From contig OX597843.1 in the NCBI GenBank assembly GCA_951406725.2, positions 15,066,001 to 15,130,000 of the forward strand: 64,000 nucleotides of DNA, given 5' to 3'. Under the pieces are notes generated by a model, which had not been told where the DNA came from, searched no databases, and saw only the letters and a program-made list of their open reading frames with translations. The translations under genes were made by a program, and so were the position numbers. Below, in pieces: positions 36,531 to 51,107 of this stretch (its first letter is position 1; the number at the start of each line of letters is the position of its first letter). The stretch comes from Octopus vulgaris. Its lineage: Eukaryota.

Positions 36531-37937
36531 TGATGAGGCCAATCCGGGCAAGAAAGCACCTCCCACAGGTGGGGCAGAAGTGGGTAGGGGCTGTGCTATT
36601 GGTGCAGGTGGCTCTGGTTCCGCATCTGGCGTTTCTGTTCTGCTGACTGAATCCGTCTCTCCTCGGTTGTCTTTGCTCCTGTGGTGATTGCGCTGCGCCA
36701 GGATGAGCGGTTGGCAGCAAGTGTCTCCCAAGTCTCTGTGCCGATGGAGAAGTCATTGAGAGAGACATTGAGACTGTCCTTGAAGTGCTTCTGCCCTCCG
36801 ATTTTGCGTTTGCCCTGGCTGAGTTCACTATAGAAAAGCTGTTTTGGGATGTGAGTGTCGGACATGCGGGAGACGTGGCCTGCCCATCTCAGCTGGGCCT
36901 TGCGCATGATCGTGATGGTGCTAGGGAGATCTGCCTGCTTCAGAACTTCCGTGTCTGGGACTTTGTCTTGCCAGCAGATGTGAAGGAGGTTCCAAAGACA
37001 CCTGAGGTGGAAGTGGTTTATCTGGTGCTCGTGCCTTCGGTAAGCAGTCCACATCTCGCAGCCATATAGTAGGGTGGTAAGCACGACTGCCCAGTAGACT
37101 TTCAGCTTGGTGTTGAGGCTGATTCCTCTCCGCTCCCAGACTTTCCTTCGCAGTCTCCCAAACGCGCTGCTTGCCTTGGAGATTCTGTTGATGATTTCAG
37201 CACCTATGTTGGCATTGCAGGAGAGAGTTTTCCACCGCTCGTAGGATCCGTCCGTTCACCTTTATCTGAGGCTCATGGTATTGTTTGCCGGGGGCTGGCT
37301 GAAACATCACTTCAGTTTTCTTGACACTGATGGTGAGACCAAAGTTGTCACAGGCTGATGAGAACCTGTCCATCCCAAGCTGCATCTCCTGCTCATCGAT
37401 TGCGTTAAGGGCGCAGTCATCAGCAAAGAGAAAGTCTCTGACGACTGTCTCCCTCACCTTTGTGACGGCCTGCAATCTTCTGGAGTTGAAAAATTTCCCA
37501 TCCGTCCTGTACTTGATGTCAATACCGGACTTGCAGTCCCTGAAGGCGTCGGACAGCATTGCCGAGAACATGATGCTGAACAGTGTTGGGGCCAGGACAC
37601 AGCCCTGCCTGACTCCGTTGGTCACCTGGAAGACTTCAGATGAGTTGCCGTCTTCAAGGACTCTGGCTGTCATTCCGTCGTGGAACTGGCGGACAATTGC
37701 AATAAATTTGCTGGGGCAACCAAATTTTCCCATGACCTTCCAGAGTCCCTCCCGACTGACTGTATCGAAAGCCCTGGTGAGGTCAACAAAGGTCATGCAG
37801 AGGTCAAGGTGCTGCTCCATGCATTTCTCCTGGAGCTGGCGGGCGGCGAATATCATGTCAGTGGTCCCTCGACCCGCGCGGAAGCCACACTGGCTCTCAG
37901 GGAGAAAGCCTTGCTCCAAGTGTTCCAAGTGTTCCAG
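36531..37937 (-). mobile_element. RTE (BovB-like) LINE, RT domain and C-terminus, frameshifted
   Basis: LPESQCGFRAGRGTTDMIF, FVDLTRAFD, GVRQGCVLAP, LFADD, LLYGCE.W, RWAGHV.RM, C-terminal CPTCGRCFLARIGL. Confidence 0.95.
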
Positions 37938-38425
37938 ATCAACCCTCCCTGCTCAGCTCGGATGGAACCTCACTCCTGACTAACAAGAGGCTGATCCTGG
38001 AGAGATGGGCGGAGCATTTCAACATTGTGCTCAACCGACCAGCCCAGATCAATGAAGAAGCCATCGCACGACTCCCCCAGGTGCCGACAAACCATGAGCT
38101 GGCTGTTCCCCCTGCAGTCGAGGAAGTGAGCAGAGCCATAAAAAAAATGTCCACCGGCAAAGCTCCAGGCTCTGACGCCATCCCTGCAGATGTGTTCAAG
38201 TCGGGCGGCCCCACCATGATCAGTCAGCTCACCAGCCTGTTCCAGTCGATGTGGGACAGGGAACAACTCCCTCAAGATTTCCGGGACGCAACAATCATCC
38301 ACATTTATAAGCGGAAAGGAGATCAGCAGTCCTGCGACAACCACCGAGGTATTTCCCTCTTGTCCATAGCAGGCAAGATCCCGGCCCGAGTCCTGCTTGA
38401 CCGCCTTCTGGAACACTTGGAACAC
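37938..38425 (+). mobile_element. Inverted upstream segment of the same RTE LINE
   Basis: ERWAEHF..LNRP..GKAPGSDAIPAD.FK..YKRKGD..CDNHRGISLLSIAGKI.ARVLL.RL directly precedes the PESQCGFR segment in RTE ORFs but lies on the opposite strand. Confidence 0.93.
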
Positions 38426-38611
38426 ACATACATACATACATACATACATACATACATACATACATACATACATACATACACACATACATACACAGACATA
38501 CATACATACATACATACATACATACATACATACATACATACACACACACATACATACATACATACATACATACATACACACACACATACATACATACATA
38601 CATACACACAT

Positions 38612-38644
<33 letters not shown>

Positions 38645-39737
38645 TACATACATACATACATACATACAAACATACACACACACATACATACATACATACA
38701 TACATACATACACACACACATACATACATACATACATACACACACACATACATACATACATACATACACACACATACATACATACATACACACATACATA
38801 CACACACACATACATACATACATACATACACACATACATACACACACACACATACATACATACACACACACATACATACATACACACATACATACATACA
38901 TACATACATACATACATACATACATACATACATACATACATACATACACACACACATACATACATACATACATACATACATACATACACACATACATACA
39001 CACACATACATACATACATACATACATACATACATACACACACACATACATACATACATACATACATACATACATACATACACACACACATACATACATA
39101 CATACATACATACATACATACACACACATACATACATACATACATACATACATACACACATACATACAGACACACATACATACATACATACATACATACA
39201 TACATACATACATACATACATACATACACACACACATACATACACACATACACACATACATACATACATACATACATACATACATACATACACACACATA
39301 CATACATACACACATACATACATACATACACACACACATACATACACACATACACACATACATACATACATACATACATACATACATACACACACACATA
39401 CATACATACACACATACATACACACACATACATACATACATACATACATACACACACACATACATACATACATACATACATACATACATACATACATACA
39501 CACACACACATACATACATACATACATACATACATACACACACACATACATACATACACACATACACACACACACACACATACATACATACATACATACA
39601 TACATACACACATACATACACAGACACATACATACATACATACATTCATACATACATACATACATACACACACACATACATACATACATACATACATACA
39701 TACACACACACATACATACATACATACATACACACAT

Positions 39738-39772
<35 letters not shown>

Positions 39773-40831
39773 TACATACATACATACATACATACAAACA
39801 TACACACACACATACATACATACATACATACATACATACACACACACATACATACATACATACACACACACATACATACATACATACATACACACACACA
39901 TACATACATACATACACACATACATACACACACACATACATACATACATACATACACACATACATACACACACACACATACATACATACACACACACATA
40001 CATACATACACACATACATACATACATACATACATACATACATACATACATACATACATACATACATACATACACACACACATACATACATACATACATA
40101 CATACATACATACACACATACATACACACACATACATACATACATACATACATACATACATACATACATACACACACACATACATACATACATACATACA
40201 TACATACATACATACACACACACATACATACATACATACATACATACATACATACACACACATACATACATACATACATACATACACACATACATACAGA
40301 CACACATACATACATACATACATACATACATACATACATACATACATACATACATACATACATACATACATACATACATACATACATACATACATACATA
40401 CATACACACACACATACATACACACATACACACATACATACATACATACATACATACATACATACACACACACATACATACATACACACATACATACATA
40501 CATACACACACACATACATACACACATACACACATACATACATACATACATACATACATACATACACACACACATACATACATACACACATACATACACA
40601 CACACATACATACATACATACATACATACACACACACATACATACATACATACATACATTCATACATACATACATACACACACACATACATACATACATA
40701 CATACATACATACATACACACACACATACATACATACACACATACATACACACACACACACATACATACATACATACATACATACATACACACATACATT
40801 CACACATACATACATACATACATACATACAT

Positions 40832-40862
<31 letters not shown>

Positions 40863-41043
40863 TACATACATACATACATACATACATACATACATACATA
40901 CACACACATACGTACATACATACATACATACATACATACATACATACACACACACATACATACATACATACATACATACATACATACATACATACATACA
41001 TACATACATACATACATACACACATACATACATACACACACAC

Positions 41044-41076
<33 letters not shown>

Positions 41077-41077
41077 C

Positions 41078-41116
<39 letters not shown>

Positions 41117-41145
41117 TACATACATACACATGCACACACACACAT

Positions 41146-41178
<33 letters not shown>

Positions 41179-41635
41179 TACATACATACATACATACATA
41201 CATACATACACACATACATTCACACATACATACATACATACATACATACATACACACATACATACACACACACACATACATACATACATACATACATACA
41301 CACACACATTCACACATACATACATACATACATACATACATACATACACACATACACACATACACACATACATACAAACACACATACATACATACATATA
41401 TACATACATTACATACATACATACACACATACATGCAAACATACATACATACATACACACATACATACATACACACATACATACATACACACATACATAC
41501 ATACATACATACATACATGCAAACATACATATATACATACATCCACACATACATACATACATACATATATACACACACATACATACACACATACACACAC
41601 ATACATACATACATATATGTATGTATATATGTATA
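38426..41635. repeat. 3.2-kb (CATA)n/(CA)n microsatellite
   Basis: Seen directly. Source of the HTYI/MYVC pseudo-ORFs. Confidence 0.98.
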
Positions 41636-41884
41636 TGGGTGGGTGCTAAACAGTTCCTGGCTTTGGGTAAAAGAGGATACAGGAGGATCAGTTAATAATG
41701 ATTTTATTCAACTTATTCCCCTCTCTTTATTCCGGTCTTTCAGGCTTTCTAAGCCCTGTAAAAGAACCCAAAAGATTGGGTCTCCAACCAGGCCTTGTGT
41801 GATATCCTTAAGCCCAGGAACTTTCCAGCAATCCCTCAAATATATATATGTGTATACATACACACACATACGCACACAGACACA

Positions 41885-43470
41885 TTAGATCATCAAGTAT
41901 GAAATTTGTAGTAAGGTATTTGGTAAACTTTGACAGCTGCTCATTTTGCGCCATTATTATATTTTGACAATCGTTATTTTTTGTTAGAATGCTGACACAT
42001 CTGTCTCTTTATTCTAACTCATTCTGCTCTTTATAAACTATTTATAAATCATTTTTTGCTGTTTCTGTTTAGAGATGGATAAGTCAGAAATTCATACAGT
42101 TTTGAAATATGAGTTCTTTCTTGCAAATACAGCATCACAGACAGCTCGGAATATTAATGGAGTATTTCATTCTAATGTTATTAAACAGCAGACAGTGTCA
42201 AATTGGTTTGCAAAATTTTGTTCTGATAACTTTGACCTCAAAATGAGTAATGCAGTCGACCAGAAACAAAGGTGGATAATGACAATCTGAAAGCCACCGT
42301 CGAGTCAGATCCATCTCAAAGTACCTGTGAATTATCATTGTTGCTTAGTGTTAGCAAGCAAACAATATTGACTCACCTAGTTCAAATCGGTAAACTGGAA
42401 AAGCTGGACAAGTGGGTTCCACATGAACTCAATGAAAATCAGAAACAGCAACGTTTAGAAGTCTGCATTATGCTACTTTCTCGTCACAAAAGTTAATAAT
42501 TTTAAAATTGAATTGTAACCTGTGACAAGAAATGGATCCAGTACAACAACCATAAATGTTCAGCACAATTTTTGGACAAAGATGAGCCACCAAAACACAG
42601 TCGAAAAAGCAAAATTCATCAAAAGAAGCTGATCATCATCATCATTGTTCGACCGTGGTCGAGACAATGGAATTTACTATGCTACGCCAGACTTCATGGT
42701 CCATCATGGCATTACGGAGGTCCTGTTGCTGGATGCCTGTATCCCTGGAGATTACGTCAGGGTAGGAGAGTGTGTGCCCTCTGGTATTGCGAGCAGATGG
42801 CTTCCAGAGGAGAAGAGTAGAAATTGCCTCGTTTTCAGCTCTACAACAATGTCCAGCAAACTGGACCTTCCTACCTTTCACAAGAGATGACACAGGTGGT
42901 AGTTTCCCATATATTTGCATTTTGGTTGGATGGCGCTTCCACGAGAGATTTTGAGCTCTCATAAGGAGGCGAGTGAAGGTTCCATCCAACCGCCTATCAA
43001 GCTTCTTTGATAACGTCCAGGTTTCTGAGCCATAGAGTAGAATTGGTTCGACTGTGGCTTTGAAGATTTCAAGTTTGAAGTCTCTACTTAGATTTGATGG
43101 CCAGATCTTATGCATGTCATTACAGGCTGACCAGGACATACCCTTTCTAGTTAGAAAATCTTTTCCAGATGATGATATGGGTGACCCAAGATATTTGTAA
43201 TCAGAAAGCAGAAGCTGATGGTGTGTGTTTGGTGTGCAGAAATATACAAAAAAACAGCCTAGATTAGTCAACAGATCCACTCCTATTTTATTGCAAGACA
43301 ACGCCAGACCACACATCGCAAAAATGACATTGGTGAAACTACAGGATTTAGAGTTGGAGGTTCTCCATCATCCACCAAACTCATCTGGTCTTGTCCCCAC
43401 TGACAACCATTTCTTCCAGAATTTGGATAATGTTTTGATAGGAAAAAAATTTAATTCTGATGAGGCCCAC
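41885..43470 (+). mobile_element. Degenerate mariner transposon split by a LINE insertion
   Basis: MDKSEI..KYEF..TARNIN, KWVPHEL, IVTCD.KWI, LQDNARPH, HHPP.S..L.PTD.HFF. Confidence 0.9.
42633..43209 (-). mobile_element. RTE-like LINE 3' fragment inserted in the mariner
   Basis: YKYLGS..FKATVEPILLYGSETWTL..LDG.FTRLL..FAGHC with a (GAT)n tail, flanked by a direct repeat AGAAGCTGAT (probable target duplication). Confidence 0.88.
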
Positions 43471-43904
43471 TTAATATATATGCACGGGAGTCATACCCCC
43501 GTAACCTCGGGCCAGAAGCTAACAACAATTTCCCTGAACTCTTGCGGGGTCACCATGTCCATCCCAACTGAAGCCCCAAAGCAAAAATTCCCACACACAC
43601 TAGTTGTCCTTTTGCTCGGATGCTCTCCTCCATGCCTGTCCTTCTGGCAAGGCCCCTTGACCATTCATATGTCATCACTAACCCTATACTTCCGGCCTCT
43701 CCCACCATCTTTGCCATATATACAAATACATTATGTGTGGTAAGAAGCTTGCTTCCCAACCACATAGTTCCGGGTTCAGTCCCACTGCGTGGCACCTTGG
43801 GAAAGTGTCTTCTGCTATAGCCCCAGGCTGACCAAAACCTTGTGAGTGGCTTTGGTAGATGGAAACTGAAAGATGCCCGTCAAATATATATATATTTTTT
43901 AATT

Positions 43905-44245
43905 TAAAAAAAAAATTTCATCTAGTTTCAGCTCACGAGCTGTGGCCATGCTGGGGCACCGCCATTTGGTGTTGCTACATGATTTTACTTCACGAATGCG
44001 TTTTAGCAATTGCCATTTGGTGCATGAGAGAGTTCGATGCAGCTGCCCTCATCTGCGCCTCCTGCCGTGAAGTTGGTTCATCTGGGACACCTGACAGGAA
44101 GAGATCCAGTTTTATTTTAATGACATCTGCATCCACCCCATGCAGGTCTCTCAGGTTCTTCGGGAGGATATTGAAGAGCTGTGGGCCTCGGAAGCTCAGG
44201 CTATCACAGTATCTTGTCCTACATCTTGATGGCAAATTTGGAGTA
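43905..44245 (-). mobile_element. CR1-type LINE 3' fragment
   Basis: [36 protein letters not shown]. Confidence 0.85.
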
Positions 44246-44288
44246 TATATATGATGATATATATATATATATATATATCATCATCCTT

Positions 44289-44327
<39 letters not shown>

Positions 44328-44411
44328 ACGCATTGGGACCAGCGATGTGTAACATCTGATGGTCTGGTCGATCACGTGATCACGTGATATATATATATAT
44401 ATGTATGTATG

Positions 44412-44502
<91 letters not shown>

Positions 44503-44743
44503 CTGTGTGTGTGTCTCCACGTGTCGGTGGTTGTCTCCCATCACTGCTTGACAACTGGTATTGGTGTTTATGTTCCCATGACTTAGCAGTTCTGCAAAAG
44601 GGACGAAAATAAGGGCTGGATTCAATTCATTTGACTAAAACAAATTGTTCAAGGCCATCACTTGGGGGCCGGTGCTGGTTTTTTGACATCCCTATAATAT
44701 AGGGGTTTTGTGAAAGGAGATTGATAAAAGAAAAAAAAAAGAA

Positions 44744-45160
44744 ATGGCTGTGTGGTAAGTAGCTTGTTTACCAACCACATGGTTCCGGGTTCAGTCCTAC
44801 TGCGTGGCACCTTGGGCAAGTGTCTTCTGTTATAGCCCTGGGCCGACCAAAGCCTTGTGAGTGGATTTGGTAGACAGAAACTGAAAGAAGCCCGTCGTAT
44901 ATATGTATGTATATATATATGTATGTATGTATATATGTGTGTATGTGTTTGTGTGTCTGTGTTTGTCCCCCTAGCATTGCTTAACAACCGATGCTGGTGT
45001 GTTTACGTCCCCGTCACTTAGCGGTTCGGCAAAAGAGACCGATAGAATAAGTACTGGGCTTACAAAGAATAAGTCCCGGGGTCGAGTTGCTCGACTGAAG
45101 GCGGTGCTCCAGCATGGCCGCAGTCAAATGACTGAAACAAGTAAAAGTGTAAAGAGTAAG
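44744..45160 (+). mobile_element. tRNA-derived SINE, family A
   Basis: Near full-length copy. Confidence 0.9.
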
Positions 45161-45568
45161 AGTCTTTCAAAAATAAGCCCCGGGGTTGGTTTGTTTGACT
45201 AAAACCCTTCAAGGTAGTGTGCTCCAGCATGGCCACAGTCTAATGACTGAAAAAATACAAATTTGGTCAAAAGAACTGAAAACAATTATATATGTATATA
45301 TTAGTTTTATTATCAATCAGCTGAAATTACAGAGTGACTCAAAGGACGAAAGTTTCATGCCTTGGTAGCACTTAAGAAACTGGCTTCAAATTATGAGGAT
45401 TACTTTCACACAGTCTGCCTAAAATAATAATTCTCTGGATTATTCTAGAATAAATTGTAAAAGCAATTACAAAGTCAATTTTTTTTTGATATCGTTTGCC
45501 GTTCGATAATGAATAAATAAGGAAATATTAAAGTAATGTTAGAGGAAGGAGTTACACGCATATATTTT

Positions 45569-45604
<36 letters not shown>

Positions 45605-45614
45605 AACATATATG

Positions 45615-45843
45615 TTTCTTTATTACCCACAAGGGGCTAAACATAGAGGGGACAAACAAGGACAGACAAGCGGATTAAGTCGATTACATCAACCCCAGTG
45701 CGTAACTGGTACTTAATTTATCGACCTCGAAAGGATGAAAGGCAAAGTCGACCTTGGCGGAATTTGAACTCAGAATGTAACGGCTGACGAAATACGGCTA
45801 CGCATTTCGCCCAGCGTGCAAACGTTTCTGCCAGCTTGCCGCT
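45615..45843 (-). mobile_element. SINE family B, full length
   Basis: Head gcggcaagctggcagaaacg, B box gagttcaaattcc, central gtcgactttgcctttcatcctttcgaggtcgataaa. Confidence 0.85.
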
Positions 45844-47752
45844 TTCGCACATAAACATATAGACAGCTATTTATATATGGGGGTCAATACACATGTAAAG
45901 GTAAATATATTATATATACAGGTCTTATGTGTATAATAGGAAGGGTGCAGATGTATGCTGGGAGATGAAGGGCTAAAAAAGGGCCAAAAAATCTATGAAA
46001 ACGGGGACCAGAAACAGGAGAGGTTTTTTACTGTAGAAGAGTGATGTGACTTCTCATGTCTTGGAAGAGAGAGCAGGAGACTGCTGGAGGGAGATAGAAT
46101 TAGACATCAAGTTTGTCAATTTGTAATTAGACAAACGAAATGTAGAGGAGATATCAAAAGTGAATGAAACGAAATAGAGTGGAGGCATCTGTTTTCATCC
46201 TCCTCCTCTTCATCATCATTTAATGTCCGCTTTCCATGCTAGCATAAGTTGGATGATTTAACTGAAGTCTGGCGAACCAGACTCCAATCTGATCTGGCAG
46301 TGTTTCTACAGCTGGATGCCCTTCCTAACGCCAACCACTCCGAGAATGTAGAGGGTGCTTTTACGTGCCAATACCTATACGAAATTTAGAGTATATACAA
46401 AAATTGTTTTAATTGCTGGTAAGGACAGAGTATTTTGTTTTGCAACCATAATATGCAACCAAGTATATTAAAGTTAATACAGTGTCTTTCCTTTGTGTGT
46501 TAGCAGTGCAATGTTCTCATTTTTAGTTTAACTCAATAGATTTTAAACCAAATACAGAGGCAGCTCTGAAAGTTGCAATGTCTCATATACAAATACATTT
46601 ATGTAATCAGTGTGATCAAAGATTGAAAAAATAGGGGATCTTTGATCATATTGTCTACTTAGATATATTCGTGTACGAGACGTAACCTTCACTGCTGGCT
46701 CTAGGTTTTTTAGAAAATCTACAAAAATAAATTAAAAAATGACATAAAAATTGATACGAAAATGTGATACGAAATTTGGCATAGATATTCATGTTTTAAA
46801 TTGTTATCTACATGGTATGTAGAGGAGTTATCAATTTTGTAAATATATACACTCTAAAGACAATTGCTGTATTTCTTGGCATCATTCTCCTAGAATAAGT
46901 CTCCAAAATATCTCCAAAATTCACCATACATTCTAGAAGGTGCATGGTACATTCAAAACCCCAGAAAATGGTTACCTATGCCAGAGTTTCTTGAAATGGG
47001 TTCTGAGAATCCTGATGGTTATACGAAAAAATTCTGGGGTTCTTTGTGATTAGGGGTCTTTGAATAAAATTTTGAATTTAAAAAATCCTTTTATAAGATA
47101 AATATTATTTCCTTGTCTCTCTACATGATTACCACCCATCTCTTCCATCCACTATTCACAGGAGGATCATGGGGGTAGAATCCTTAGGCCCCTCTTCCAT
47201 AAGGTCCTATCAGAAGCATAGGGTCCTACTATGTAGCTTCTTGACTGGCTCATACATACATATATACATAGATAAGAGAGTAAGGTGTGATTTGAGGAAG
47301 ATTTGGCTGCTATTTCTACCAGATCAAACCATCACATAGAGACTCCTCTTCCTTCATATTGAAGAGAGCTGCAGAGGAATGGGAAGAGGAAGGGATGTGG
47401 GATGAGGTAGAGAGTTTTAGTGAGAAGCGGAATTTTGAAGTGAGGCAGGTAGTGAGGGGGGAATGGTTGAGGGATGGGAGGAGTTGGGGTGGAAGGGAAG
47501 AGGGAGGTAGGGGCGATGTGGGTATGGTGTGCATAGGGTTGACAACCACCCCTTTCCTGAGTCTGCAAACGCACCTCAAACTACACACACACACACACAC
47601 AAATGTACATATACATACATATATACACCCAAACTCCAGTGGTCTGACATACACATACATACACACTTACACACATATATTTATTTGTTCAAGATCAAAG
47701 AATTGGAAAGAGTTAATAATTATGATATTACGGGCAATATGTTCTTCTTCAG

Positions 47753-47816
47753 GTTTACAGATATACTGTGGGAAGGCGTGGAAAAATTAACCACGAGAGG
47801 AAGGGAGAAAGCCCAG
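47753..47816 (+). other. Possible 64-nt internal exon of an unidentified + strand gene
   Basis: ttcttcttcag| ... cag|gtgaaa around purine-rich unique sequence, open in two frames. No homology recognised. Confidence 0.25.
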
Positions 47817-47851
47817 GTGAAATATTTCACATGTGTTGGTTATTTTACATG

Positions 47852-47936
<85 letters not shown>

Positions 47937-47946
47937 AATGTGATAT

Positions 47947-49533
47947 TTAATATAAAAACACATTATCAATTTCATTTCCTGTGTCTGGGATGGTAGATAT
48001 AACTATCTGAATCTCAGTGTTGTTGTTGTTGTTATTATTATTATTATTCTTAATTATTTTGCTCAAATTGTCCAGTTCATTCCTTCTTTTGCCACAGTTG
48101 TTGTTGTTGTTATTGTTATTGTTGCTGTTGTTGTTGCTGCTGCTGCTGCTGCTGCTCCTGCTGCTGTCGCTGATGTAGTTAGCAATCGACAATTTCCTCG
48201 TTATCTGTTGTCTCTGAAATTCCACCAGGGACCCGTTGTCGCTCAGCCGACCTTCGTCGTTCCCCACTGTTAATGCTGCGTTGCTTTTCTTGTTGTTGTT
48301 GATGTTGTTGTTGATGGTGGTCGTCGTGGTGGTCATGGTGGCGGTGGAGAAAATTTCCTGTCTCCACTCCTCGTCCGAATCACGTGAATCGACGAACCCC
48401 AAATCATCCTCTGTCGTAGAATTCCTTGCAGTTCGTCCGCCCGTTTGCGGCTGGTTGTGTTGGTGGCCTTCACTCTTCACTTCCCAGTCCCAGGCCTGTG
48501 AGATCGAACTACTGCCAAAGCTTGTTGACATCGGTTCCTCTCCGGTGCTGCTGTTGCCACTACTACTACTGCTACTGAGGTCAACGTTGTTATAAAACTG
48601 TTTTCTTTTGGCCAAAACAAATTGGCCGCTGATGATGTTCTCGGTCGGTTCCTGCAGCTTTGTACAGATTATCTGATGCGGAAAGTTGTTGCCGCCATCG
48701 TGGTAGAGATAATTGTCGACATTTTTATTGTTGTTGTTCTGGTTGTTGACGTAATTGAAGTCAGTGATGTCAAATTTGTCGCTGATCACTTTGTGGCCTC
48801 GAAGCGCCAGGGAAGTTGCGAGATGTCTGAAACTCTTCGGCACATACTCATTGATCTTCGTCGTGTAAGTGCCACCACCCCCTGGACCAATTCCGCCGTA
48901 CCCACTGCTGACGTCGTCTCTATAGTTTTTGCTATTACTGTTGTTGTTGTTGTTGTTGTATGCGCTCACGTAGTTCACACAGACATTTGATGCCATTCTC
49001 AATTCCGATGCCGCAGTCGAATTCGGAGGAACCAGGAGGTATTTGGAATTGTCGTAGGCTCGTTTGTCCTTCCTGTTGGAAATCTTTTCAAAGAAACTCA
49101 TCTTAGAACTCTTCTTGTTATTCTTCTTGTGCTTATTTCTCAGCAAAGTCGAAGAACCTTTCACACGTTCGTCCGAGTTTGTTGATGAAAGTCTTCTGCT
49201 GTGTATGGCGTTGTTCAACACACCATTTTTGTATTTTGAATGGAGGTCCTGGTAATTGTTTCCATAAATTAACGGGTTGTTGCTCCCGGAAACGTTTTGA
49301 GCAGATGCAAACTGCATCCTTCGGTACGCATCAAGGTCGAAGTAATTCTTCGAAGGCGATAAATCATTTTCACACCAAAGATTGGCCAACGAATAAAACA
49401 TGGCCGAATAATGGTAATCATCACTATCATCACCCGCATAGGTTTTAATGAGGTTATTTTTCCTTTGGTTGCGGGTTGCTGCTCGCTTGTAACGCTGTCG
49501 ACCTGTGATTAGACGGTGCCAAAGAGAAGGCAT
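47947..49533 (-). CDS. Uncharacterised 528-aa N/S-rich, probably disordered protein; CDS in one exon
   Basis: 1587-nt uninterrupted ORF in non-transposon sequence, good start context (caaaacATG), candidate acceptor ttttacag| at 49650 upstream, and microsatellites limited to frame-preserving triplets (poly-N/S/T). No domain recognised. Confidence 0.72.
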   Translation of the reverse strand: MPSLWHRLITGRQRYKRAATRNQRKNNLIKTYAGDDSDDYHYSAMFYSLANLWCENDLSPSKNYFDLDAYRRMQFASAQNVSGSNNPLIYGNNYQDLHSKYKNGVLNNAIHSRRLSSTNSDERVKGSSTLLRNKHKKNNKKSSKMSFFEKISNRKDKRAYDNSKYLLVPPNSTAASELRMASNVCVNYVSAYNNNNNNSNSKNYRDDVSSGYGGIGPGGGGTYTTKINEYVPKSFRHLATSLALRGHKVISDKFDITDFNYVNNQNNNNKNVDNYLYHDGGNNFPHQIICTKLQEPTENIISGQFVLAKRKQFYNNVDLSSSSSSGNSSTGEEPMSTSFGSSSISQAWDWEVKSEGHQHNQPQTGGRTARNSTTEDDLGFVDSRDSDEEWRQEIFSTATMTTTTTTINNNINNNKKSNAALTVGNDEGRLSDNGSLVEFQRQQITRKLSIANYISDSSRSSSSSSSNNNSNNNNNNNNNCGKRRNELDNLSKIIKNNNNNNNNNNTEIQIVISTIPDTGNEIDNVFLY

Positions 49534-49735
49534 GTTTTGGCTGTTTATGGTTTTTGGTTCTGTTCTGAGCTGTCGACCAAAATATTTTGGTTGCGTACTT
49601 TGAAATTCTTGCGTCTCTCTTTTGGTTCAGTTTTGAGTTTGGGAGAAAACCTGTAAAAGATATTTGAAATATTTCGTAGAAAAATATTTTTAATACAAAA
49701 ATAACATAAATTAAACAAAATTTTTAAAAATAAAA

Positions 49736-49991
49736 CTAGCATTTTTAGAGAGTTACTTCCCTTATATAAACCGAGCAAAAAATGCATTAAAAATGCGAAA
49801 AAATGATGGTAAATTTTTTTAAAAATCGTAGACTCATCGTAGACGCGTGCTAATACCCAGAAGGGCTCGATATGAATCACGACTATAAGATACCTGCTTT
49901 TGGTTAAACTGCACCGCAAAATGTGGGAGTAGTTAGGAATCTAAATCGGAGGAGACAGAGTCTCACACAACTTCAGTTTTATATATAAAGA
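49736..49991 (-). mobile_element. Non-autonomous Helitron (hairpin deleted)
   Basis: Same family, TC...CTAG ends retained. Confidence 0.85.
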
Positions 49992-50434
49992 TATTTCATA
50001 AATGTTGTCCATAAACAGATGGATGGACGACTGGACAAATAAATAAACAATTGATAAATAAATAAATAAATAGGCATGGCTGTGTGGTAAGAAGTTTGAT
50101 TCCCAACCACATGGTTCTGGGTTCAGTCCCACTACATGGGATCTTGGGCAAGTGTCTTTTACTAAAGACTCAGGTAGACTTGTAAGTGGGACTGAGTGTG
50201 GCCGTTGCCAGTACCGCCTGACTGGCCCTTGTACCAGTGGCATGTAAAAAGCACCCACTACACTCTCAGAGTGGTTGGCATTAGGAAGGGCATCCAGCTG
50301 TAGAAACACTGCCAGATCAGATTGGAGCCTGGTGCAGCCTCCTGGCTCACCAGTCCTCAGTCAAATCGTCCAACCCATGCTAGCATGGAAAGCGGACGTT
50401 AAACGGCAATGATGATGATGATAAGACACGCAAA

Positions 50435-50836
<402 letters not shown>

Positions 50837-51065
50837 ATAGAAATATTAAAATTACTAAGTCTCTCTAAAAGAGAACAACGGCAGCGTTCCCGGAAAATAT
50901 TAGTTATCGCCATACTAATATGGCATTCTTATAAAAATAAGAATAAAGCTGACCGCTTATTAGCTCCATGAGGCCATCGCCTTAAGTTAGCTATTTGATA
51001 CACAAACTGTATCCATATAACCTTTGAACAAGGGAGGTCAGTCGCTCCACACTACTTGGCCGGCA

Positions 51066-51107
51066 GCTACAGACGCGTTTCGGGGTATTGCCCCTTTTCA
51101 ATGCAGC
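51066..51107 (-). ncRNA. Minimal type I hammerhead ribozyme with U3-A8 core covariation
   Basis: Minus strand: GCUGCA-UUGAAAA-GGGG-CAAUA-CCCC-GAAAC-GC-GUC|UGUAGC. Stem I 6 bp, stem II 4 GC pairs, palindromic stem III ACGCGU, GUC triplet. Confidence 0.8.

Noticed and set aside
34608-36828. Five 575-670 aa repeat-protein ORFs
   Set aside because: They result from a stop-poor 66-bp tandem unit derived from a LINE UTR and are open in nearly all frames.
37970-41888. ORFs of about 1200 aa
   Set aside because: (CATA)n translation. Only the first 130 aa or so of the 38027 ORF are real LINE sequence.
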